Shown here one piece after another: positions 1 through 6,949 of a DNA stretch of 64,000 bases. Under the pieces are notes generated by a model. The model saw only the letters and a program-made list of their open reading frames with translations. It did no database searches and was not told where the DNA came from. Numbering within the stretch: position 1 is the stretch's first letter; every line of letters starts with the position of its first letter. The stretch is from a virus. Lineage: Duplodnaviria; Caudoviricetes. The translations under genes were made by a program, and so were the position numbers. Location of the stretch: IMG/VR virus record IMGVR_UViG_2799112677_000001, positions 154-64,153 of that record. One strand, 5' to 3'.

Positions 1-976
1 TCCAGTTGGAGGGAATGAGGGAGTTACGCACGCCGAGCACGAACTGATTGAGGGCAGTGACATAGAACACCTGACAGTCGCTGTCGGTGCTCTTCTTGGG
101 ACTGGTTGACTGTGCCACCGTCGCCGTGGGGATGACGGCAGAGAACGAGCGCACGGCATCGGTGCCAAGGCTGCCGATCTGCACAAACTCTCCAAGGCCG
201 CTATCGGCACTCTGATTCCAGCGGTAGGTGTTGCCGGTGTCCTTGTGGCAGTAGATGGTGCCAGGTTGAGGTGTGCCGATGTCAACAATCCCAACCTGTT
301 CAACGCTGGTCTTCTTGAACAGCTTTCTATATGGCACGTTGTTGTTGTTCAGTCCGTCTTCGAGGTAGATGGAGCCCACGGGAATGTCATCCCAGTTGTA
401 AGTGTCCAGTTCGAGTGGCGAAATGGGCACGACGTTGTACAGCACAACCTCTGGCCACTGGCCGGGTGTAAGCCTCGACGACATTGCTTTGCCGTTAAGC
501 AAGTCGGCCTTGTTGGTAATCGCCGTCTCAACTTGCGTCGCCTTGGTCATCGCTGCAGATGCGTTCGACTCGGCGTTTTCGGCCTTGGAGTAGGCAGAGT
601 TGATCTTATTAAACGTAGTGGCAGTAATGATACCAGCCTTCGTCGTTGACGCAATCGGCAAAGTGGATGACACCACTGTTCCGCCTGCGTTAGTGACCTT
701 CAGCGTCACAGTCGCACCGTCATCACTGGCCACAACGGACGCGCTCACCAGTTCCTTTGCATTGATGAGTGCCAACAGCCCTGATGTGTCCTGTGACGAC
801 GCGGCCTCAATGAGCTGGCGGAGCACATAGAACGTAATGCGCTTGCCGCCGGAGACCTCAAAAGAGTCGTTATCGTTCAAAGCGGTGACTGGCGTCAGCT
901 GCGCTATGGTCTTGCTGTTGGTGGCAAGAGCCGAGAGTACCGCATTGATAATCTCTTGTTTCTCTTCGCTTGTCAT
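1..976 (-). CDS. Distal tail/fibre-associated protein, 3' end runs off the window (>=325 aa, MTSEEKQEIINAVLSALATNSKTIAQLTPV...)
   Basis: Translated by hand from ATG 976; no stop seen. Absent from the ORF track because it is truncated. Sits 3 nt after the stop of the upstream tail gene. Confidence 0.8.
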   Translation of the reverse strand, partial: MTSEEKQEIINAVLSALATNSKTIAQLTPVTALNDNDSFEVSGGKRITFYVLRQLIEAASSQDTSGLLALINAKELVSASVVASDDGATVTLKVTNAGGTVVSSTLPIASTTKAGIITATTFNKINSAYSKAENAESNASAAMTKATQVETAITNKADLLNGKAMSSRLTPGQWPEVVLYNVVPISPLELDTYNWDDIPVGSIYLEDGLNNNNVPYRKLFKKTSVEQVGIVDIGTPQPGTIYCHKDTGNTYRWNQSADSGLGEFVQIGSLGTDAVRSFSAVIPTATVAQSTSPKKSTDSDCQVFYVTALNQFVLGVRNSLIPSNW

Positions 977-979
977 AAA

Positions 980-1825
980 TCAATAAATTAACCGGTTAAT
1001 ATTATTTTCACTGTCTAACTTGCGGTAGTAGTCCTCATCAACGCGACGGATGGCCACATGGTTAGCCGCCTCGATGACAGGATTGAGTAGTGTCACCTTT
1101 TGCACGACCTGAGTGATTACAAATGAGTTCAGCAACTCATCCAAGGCGGTCACCTCGGGCACGTTGGACTCTTTTCGTGCATACCTTACACCATCAAAAT
1201 AGACGTAGCTGCACGTCAAAAGGCGGTTAAGTAGTTCGCCAAACCAAATAGGCACTCCGTCACCTTCCCCCATGGTAAATGACTTGGACGTGCTGTCCAT
1301 TCCGTAGAGTTCCACGATGTCGGCACTATCTGTTACAAACTGCTCATTCTCCACACCGAAAGACCAACCACCATCCTTGAATCCGCCAGGGACACGGAAA
1401 TCAAAGAAAGTAGGCATATTGTCGATGAGGAATACCGCATCGTCACGCTGGCGGTTGTCTTTCATCGCATATTGGATGAGTGTGGTTTGCTGTAGCTCCA
1501 GTTCGCAATCGGTGACTTTGAACGGCTCACTGGTGCCAACGCCATCCATTACGATATAGTAGTAGCCGTTACTCAGGCAGTGGATGGTAGCAAAGAATAG
1601 CATGTCGGTGCCGTTCATGTCCCACTCGCTCCAGTCAATGGTGTATAACTCCGTATTGTCGCAGGCGTTATACACTTTTGTTGTTGGCGGCGTATCTCCT
1701 GTCACGCCGATGAGCTGCAACTGTATCTTGTCAGTCGGCGCAAAGGTCTGGACGTAGTAACTTGGCACTCCGTTGCGGCCCTTGCGCGGCTGAAAGAATA
1801 TCGGGCTGAATGGTGATAGTATCAT
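980..1825 (-). CDS. Putative distal tail/baseplate component (281 aa)
   Basis: Long ORF coupled to the upstream gene by a 4-nt overlap; position in the tail module. Confidence 0.7.
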   Translation of the reverse strand: MILSPFSPIFFQPRKGRNGVPSYYVQTFAPTDKIQLQLIGVTGDTPPTTKVYNACDNTELYTIDWSEWDMNGTDMLFFATIHCLSNGYYYIVMDGVGTSEPFKVTDCELELQQTTLIQYAMKDNRQRDDAVFLIDNMPTFFDFRVPGGFKDGGWSFGVENEQFVTDSADIVELYGMDSTSKSFTMGEGDGVPIWFGELLNRLLTCSYVYFDGVRYARKESNVPEVTALDELLNSFVITQVVQKVTLLNPVIEAANHVAIRRVDEDYYRKLDSENNINRLIY

Positions 1826-3942
1826 AGTTCCGTGATGTCTTTAATGATGAGTTCGTAATCCATGCCGCTCTGCCTGCCATAGCGGGCATTGGCCTTGCTG
1901 ATGAAGCCTCGGTAACGGTATCCGTTGTGGTCTATGCTGATGAGGCCGTCCCAATCGACGGGCAGTATCATGTCATCGGTGGTGAACTCCAGCACACCGG
2001 CAGTAAACAGCGCAGTGTTGGCGGTAATGGTGACATCACTCAGGGCGTTGTCTCCGTCGCTCGACGTCATCTTTAGCGTCACGGCCTTGCCGTTGCCCAT
2101 GGCGGCGATGAAGCCCACGTTGTTGGCGATGCACACGCTCGGCGCATAGGCGGTGTTCTTTGACGCGGCATAGGTGAGCGTGCTGTTCTCCACCTCGGCA
2201 CACACGAAGAAAACATCCTCGTCGTTCTTGTCATCGGTGGTGTCGCTCTGCTTCTCGCCCTTGCGCAGCGTGAACTCGATGCCGTAAGAGTCTGCCCTGT
2301 ACTTGCTGATGAGCGACAACTTCTTATCGGTGGCACTGTAGCCAGTGGCGTAGTAGTTGGTGAAGTTCTTCTCCAGACGGCCGTTGATTTCGCCGTACTC
2401 CTTCTTGGCATACCCCGCATCGACCTCGGTATATATCAGTCCTTCGGCTACGGTGTACTTGACACCACGCACCTCGCTGATGGCTTTGGTGGACGATGTG
2501 GAGAATACCGCCGAGCGGTGGAGGAACTGCACCTCGTTACCGACAACACGATAGGTGTACCCGAATACGGCTTCCATCCAGTCGCAAAACTGCTGGAACG
2601 TGCTATACACTTTGGCGTTGGCCATCTTGCGCAACGCCTCTGCGGGGAAGATGTAAGTCTTTGCCAACAGCCCTGCGGCGTCGGCTGCTATGCTTGCGGT
2701 GGCCGTCGGCGAGATGCTGGTGACAATCTGCTCCAGCAACTCGATGGGACGGATGGCACCGTAGGAGTAACTGTTGCGGGCTGGGTCTCTCCATGTCATG
2801 TCAAGTGTGGCGTCACGCCATATCATATCGTTGTCGAGGCCCAGCATGAGGTAGTTGGTGGAACCGAGGCCGCTGACGGATGCCGATGCGGTGCAGTACC
2901 GGTCCTGATAGTAGAAAGCAGGGGCGCCCCTGTTCACCCATCCGTCAACACCGCCGCGGTACTCATAGACGGTGTTTTGTAGCCAGTAGTCATCGTTCTG
3001 GTCGGAATAGGAATAGCTGCCCACGACACCGAACATGCCGATGAAGAGCCCGTCAGTGTGCTGCGCCGCTGCCGCCTGCAGGTCCGCAAGGGTGGCGTAC
3101 TTCAAAGGCCATGAACCGGCACGGCTGCCGATCCACATGCGGCGCGTCAGTCCGTTGATGCGCTTCATCGTGATGTCGTTGTCAAACAGGGTGGCTACTT
3201 CGGTGGCCACTGTCGTCCCCTCGGTGCCGTAGTAGAACCTGAGATGCGCCACGTCGGTATCAGCGGCCATGGCATAGTCGGGGTTGAGGTAACACGTCAC
3301 GGTGGCCTGCACGAAGATATGCACCGTAGGAGCGCCGGCTTGTACGATGTTTGCGAAGAAACGCTGCTCCGAGGTGCCGTCATATCCGCTGCTGGCGTTC
3401 GACGGCTCGATGTAGTCCTGGGAGATGACGGTGGAGTTCGTCTCGTCCCAGCGCACGTCAACGATGCCAGCCTCCTGTGAGTTGTTGGGCAAGGTGAACT
3501 TCGCACTGTTGGCGAACTCCATGCGCTCGACGGTCACATGGTCGAGGTTGAAACCCGACACTGGCAGCTCGTATTTCTGGCCCTTCTTGCTTTTCAACAG
3601 CCCGGCAAGGGTGTTGTCGATGGCATGGATGGTAAGTGTCTTGGTCTCTATCTCCACGGTGGAGAAATCCAGCGGGCAACGGAACTGCTCAGTATAGGTC
3701 CAGTCGTTGTTCTTGGTGCTCACTGCGACAACAGCATCAGCAAGGAAACCGTCGGCAAGGTAGAGATCTCGCAAGAGCCTGAACGCGGCACCGACAAACT
3801 TGAACTCGGAAGAGAACGAACGCATCACGCCGCTGTAGTCCTTGCGCTCCAGCGTGAACTCTATCTCGTCCCAGTTCTTGATGTCGGTGACGGATACCTC
3901 GTGGCTCGTGCCACCCGCGATGATATGCAGTTTCGTCTTCAT
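1822..3942 (-). CDS. Putative tail hub/minor tail protein (706 aa from MKTKLHII)
   Basis: Long ORF; ATG 3942 chosen because it lies just downstream of a TAAATTTG -7 element at 3967-3974. Confidence 0.75.
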   Translation of the reverse strand: MKTKLHIIAGGTSHEVSVTDIKNWDEIEFTLERKDYSGVMRSFSSEFKFVGAAFRLLRDLYLADGFLADAVVAVSTKNNDWTYTEQFRCPLDFSTVEIETKTLTIHAIDNTLAGLLKSKKGQKYELPVSGFNLDHVTVERMEFANSAKFTLPNNSQEAGIVDVRWDETNSTVISQDYIEPSNASSGYDGTSEQRFFANIVQAGAPTVHIFVQATVTCYLNPDYAMAADTDVAHLRFYYGTEGTTVATEVATLFDNDITMKRINGLTRRMWIGSRAGSWPLKYATLADLQAAAAQHTDGLFIGMFGVVGSYSYSDQNDDYWLQNTVYEYRGGVDGWVNRGAPAFYYQDRYCTASASVSGLGSTNYLMLGLDNDMIWRDATLDMTWRDPARNSYSYGAIRPIELLEQIVTSISPTATASIAADAAGLLAKTYIFPAEALRKMANAKVYSTFQQFCDWMEAVFGYTYRVVGNEVQFLHRSAVFSTSSTKAISEVRGVKYTVAEGLIYTEVDAGYAKKEYGEINGRLEKNFTNYYATGYSATDKKLSLISKYRADSYGIEFTLRKGEKQSDTTDDKNDEDVFFVCAEVENSTLTYAASKNTAYAPSVCIANNVGFIAAMGNGKAVTLKMTSSDGDNALSDVTITANTALFTAGVLEFTTDDMILPVDWDGLISIDHNGYRYRGFISKANARYGRQSGMDYELIIKDITEL

Positions 3943-3966
3943 GCCCTTGCCGTAGTCGGTTTTGGG

Positions 3967-4017
3967 CAAATTTATAGAGAAAAGAAGGGCACCGTGGCGA
4001 TTTACTGAAATCTCAAA
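3967..4017 (-). promoter_or_regulatory. Late-type promoter, copy 1 (TTTGAGATTTCA box, 31 nt, TAnnTTTG)
   Basis: Box at 4006-4017 and TAAATTTG at 3967-3974; identical spacing in three other copies. Confidence 0.75.
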
Positions 4018-4106
4018 TTTTGGCAACGTGCCGAAAAGAGGGTTAATTGTTTGATTTTCTTGATACTATTGCAACACTTTGCCGAAATGCTAATTTTTTA
4101 ACGCAT

Positions 4107-4140
4107 AAAACAAGCCCCCTGAATTTTACACTCAGAGGGC
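4107..4140 (-). terminator. Probable intrinsic terminator closing the accessory cassette
   Basis: 9-bp stem with one mismatch (GCCCTCTGA/TCAGGGGGC) followed by TTGTTTT on the minus strand. Confidence 0.5.
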
Positions 4141-4160
4141 GCGCTTATTTCAGTGGATTA

Positions 4161-4460
4161 TCACTTTCCTTCGCCAATCCTGATGAAGTATTTGTAACCT
4201 TCCTTGCGGCCTTCGAGGATGGCAAGCGTGTTGCAGGCCATTGCGACCTCACGAGGGGTAGCGAAGTTTACGGCGAACTTGATGGCCTTGATCTGCTTGT
4301 TGATTTTCCTTACTTCATTTTTCATCGCAAAAGTATTGGGAAGTAAACCGTTGCGGATGCCCTCAAAAACTTTGTCCATGATATTTTGGCGGGCCGCATT
4401 CATCACTGCATCTGTGTCAATGTTGTTTAACACGTCTAATTCATTGTCAGTAGTCGTCAT
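4161..4460 (-). CDS. Hypothetical protein (99 aa)
   Basis: ATG preceded by the AAGTCAAACCAAT leader motif. Confidence 0.7.
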   Translation of the reverse strand: MTTTDNELDVLNNIDTDAVMNAARQNIMDKVFEGIRNGLLPNTFAMKNEVRKINKQIKAIKFAVNFATPREVAMACNTLAILEGRKEGYKYFIRIGEGK

Positions 4461-4522
4461 AGTGGTTCAGTTTATTGGTTTGACTTGTTTGCCCGTGTAG
4501 CCGATAGCGCAGCTTGGTTAAT

Positions 4523-4732
4523 TTATTTTCTTCCAGCACCACGATACATCGTAAAAGTGCCATCACCGTTGCTGTGGGTCCAATAGCTGCAAGCCCTCGC
4601 TTTTTTACGCCATACAAATGTAGGCACATTGTGACGTTCAGAGTAGTTCATTGCTGCCTCTTTTGCAAGTGCCATGTCGTTGGTCTCGAAGAATGACTCC
4701 TGGCTGGTGGTTGTGACTTTGATTGCGTTCAT
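4523..4732 (-). CDS. Hypothetical protein (69 aa)
   Basis: ATG preceded by the leader motif and its own promoter. Confidence 0.7.
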   Translation of the reverse strand: MNAIKVTTTSQESFFETNDMALAKEAAMNYSERHNVPTFVWRKKARACSYWTHSNGDGTFTMYRGAGRK

Positions 4733-4772
4733 AATTCTTTGGTTTTAATTGGTTTGACTTATGTTTACACTG

Positions 4773-4803
4773 CAAATTTCGGGACGATTTCTCACCCACC
4801 AAA
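4773..4803 (-). promoter_or_regulatory. Variant promoter TTTG-N19-GAAATTTG
   Basis: Near-identical sequence at 51087-51118; same architecture on the + strand at 21674-21704. Confidence 0.55.
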
Positions 4804-4842
4804 CATTTTCACAACTTTTTTTCAAAAAAATGAACTTTTTTT

Positions 4843-5124
4843 TTATTTCACCATTTCACTCGGACACATCAGGACGTCGCCGCAAATGTAATCACTGGGG
4901 AAAATGGCGCTTTGGGCCTTGGCCATGACGGTGGCCATCATATTGAGAGGCAACGCGTCCTTGCCCTCCTCGTTAATGACCATAATGACATCGTCAGTCA
5001 GATAGACAATCTCAATGAGACCACCGACAAAGCCCTGCAACTCTTTCAGCTTGAAGTCGGCGCCATTGGCAGGGAAAACCCCTGCCGTGGTGGCGTCGCT
5101 CTTAATCAGTATAGCGCCTTTCAT
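4843..5124 (-). CDS. DUF3846-like protein (93 aa)
   Basis: LKELQGFVGGLIEIV...MVINEEGK...LPLN motif. Confidence 0.7.
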   Translation of the reverse strand: MKGAILIKSDATTAGVFPANGADFKLKELQGFVGGLIEIVYLTDDVIMVINEEGKDALPLNMMATVMAKAQSAIFPSDYICGDVLMCPSEMVK

Positions 5125-5453
5125 ATTGCGATGGCGATGAAGTTTTCAACTCTGAAGCTGCGGAATGCCTGCTTCTTGGTGTCGTAGTAACGCATAACGC
5201 CGAAGTTGGGCGCCTTGGTGCCACGTCCAGAGGTGATGCCGGCAGGAAGATTGCAGAGGGTGCCGTAGGCGACGCGGGCACTTCCATCTACTTTCTCATA
5301 GAAGAATTTAACGACACCATGCCTCATCATCTTGGCAAGGCGATACAGCGTCCAGGCTTTCTTCAAAGCTGCGCTCCAGGTGTACTCGCCGCTCACAAAA
5401 ATGTGATGGGCATAACTCATGACTCTTACACGGAAATTGAAATTGGTCTGCAT
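5121..5453 (-). CDS. SH3 beta-barrel (DUF2693/WYL_2-like) protein (110 aa)
   Basis: ALKKAW...VKFFYEKVDGSARVAYGTL...YYDTKKQAFRSFR motif. Confidence 0.75.
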   Translation of the reverse strand: MQTNFNFRVRVMSYAHHIFVSGEYTWSAALKKAWTLYRLAKMMRHGVVKFFYEKVDGSARVAYGTLCNLPAGITSGRGTKAPNFGVMRYYDTKKQAFRSFRVENFIAIAI

Positions 5454-5492
5454 AACTTTAACAGTTTAATTGGTTTGACTTTAGTGTAATTC

Positions 5493-5587
5493 TTATTGAA
5501 TTATCTACTGTAAAGTTAGCCAATATTTACGATAGACGCAAACAGAATGACCGCCATTTTTACACCTTAACATTTACTGACGTTTAG
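5493..5587 (-). promoter_or_regulatory. Middle-type promoter repeat, copy A (GGYGTWAAAAWGGCG box, 33-34 nt, TAACTTTA)
   Basis: 31-bp and 35-bp blocks identical to 30241-30335. Confidence 0.75.
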
Positions 5588-6060
5588 GACTCAAGCAGTG
5601 ACTTTAGACGCTTGCGGGCGTAATAAATACGACTCTTTACCGTGCCTACATTCGCGCCAGTCCTGGCCGCTATCTCCACGTAGTCGTAGCCCTCCGCATA
5701 CAGCAAAAGCGAACGCATCTTCACATCCTTTGACGACATTGTCCTGATGAGCGACAATAGCGAGCGGAAGGCCTCGGCGCTGGCCGGATCCTCACGGCCG
5801 CACACCGACCACACCTCATGCAGGGGACAAAACGAAACGAGACCGCAACGGCGCCTCCTGCTTTTGAATGTGTTCGACATGATGGCCATTAACCACGGCT
5901 TAATGTCCTTTGTCCCGTCAAACCGCCGCGCGTTCGTCAGCGCCTTGACTATGGTGTCGTGTGCAAGATCCTCGCCGTCGCTCTCATCGCAGGCCATGCG
6001 GCACGCAACGGCTCTAATCCATAGGTAGAGCCGCTCCACTTCTCGCTCGACGCAGTTCAT
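5584..6060 (-). CDS. ECF-type sigma-70 factor (158 aa)
   Basis: Region 2 (EDLAHDTIVKAL...FD...KPWLMAIMSNTF) and region 4 (GYDYVEIAARTGANVGTVKSRIYYARKRL). Confidence 0.9.
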   Translation of the reverse strand: MNCVEREVERLYLWIRAVACRMACDESDGEDLAHDTIVKALTNARRFDGTKDIKPWLMAIMSNTFKSRRRRCGLVSFCPLHEVWSVCGREDPASAEAFRSLLSLIRTMSSKDVKMRSLLLYAEGYDYVEIAARTGANVGTVKSRIYYARKRLKSLLES

Positions 6061-6245
6061 CGCCTCGGTCTCCTTGCCTCTTTGCGCATGGAGCGCGCCT
6101 GCCGGTGCAGCCTGTCAATCAGGTCGTCGATGCTGCCTTTTGTCCTGAGGGTTGACAATTGCGCCAATATAAGGTCGCATTTCTGCTCAATCACCGCCAC
6201 CCTCACTGCTATGCGGTGTAACTCTTTCGATTCGTTGTGCTTCAT
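6057..6245 (-). CDS. Hypothetical protein (62 aa)
   Basis: 4-nt overlap with the sigma gene. Confidence 0.6.
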   Translation of the reverse strand: MKHNESKELHRIAVRVAVIEQKCDLILAQLSTLRTKGSIDDLIDRLHRQARSMRKEARRPRR

Positions 6246-6367
6246 AATCTCGATGTTTTACGCGATTATTACTCACAACATTACCGAAAAGTTCAAAACA
6301 TGGAAAATGCCGCGCTGCATCACTGCAACACGGCACTTCAGAGTATATTCACTATTCCAACTTAAAA

Positions 6368-6949
6368 CTACTTCTTCTTTAATTTTGCGTTAAGCGCCTT
6401 CGCCATTTCATTGGCCTTGCGTACCATCGAGGCAAAAACACTCGCACGGATGGTCTCGATGTCGATACTCATCTTGTTAAGTATCATCAAGTCGGCGACC
6501 ATATCCTCGTAGCCCTTGCGGATGTCGTCCGGGGTGGTCTTTTCCTTGTTTGGTGCCTCGATGCCCATCCGCTTGAGTTCAAAGGTGGCGGAATTCAAAC
6601 GCTGCTCAACTTCAACGGCAAGTCTATTGTCATCGAAGCGGGAGCAGTCAATGCCAGCTTGAGCCATCAAGTCCCGGACCTCATCGAAGGCTTTAAGCCC
6701 GACGAGCGACTTGAGAGCGCCGAAAAGTACTGACTTTGCTCGCAGCTTGGACTTCTTCTCATGGTCAACTATCATGGACTTGTAAGATGCAGGGCTGGCT
6801 ATGGACTGGAACTCACGGGAGATATCCTCACGCGCCATGACAAGACGCTCTGGCTGGACTACCTCGTGCCGTCCCTTCAGCACGGACAAGTCGCCGCATT
6901 CAAGGTCAATGAACTCTGCAAGGGTCAGTTCGCTTAGTCTCGTTTTCAT
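6368..6949 (-). CDS. Hypothetical tail-associated protein (193 aa)
   Basis: Coupled to the tape measure stop codon. Confidence 0.75.
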   Translation of the reverse strand: MKTRLSELTLAEFIDLECGDLSVLKGRHEVVQPERLVMAREDISREFQSIASPASYKSMIVDHEKKSKLRAKSVLFGALKSLVGLKAFDEVRDLMAQAGIDCSRFDDNRLAVEVEQRLNSATFELKRMGIEAPNKEKTTPDDIRKGYEDMVADLMILNKMSIDIETIRASVFASMVRKANEMAKALNAKLKKK

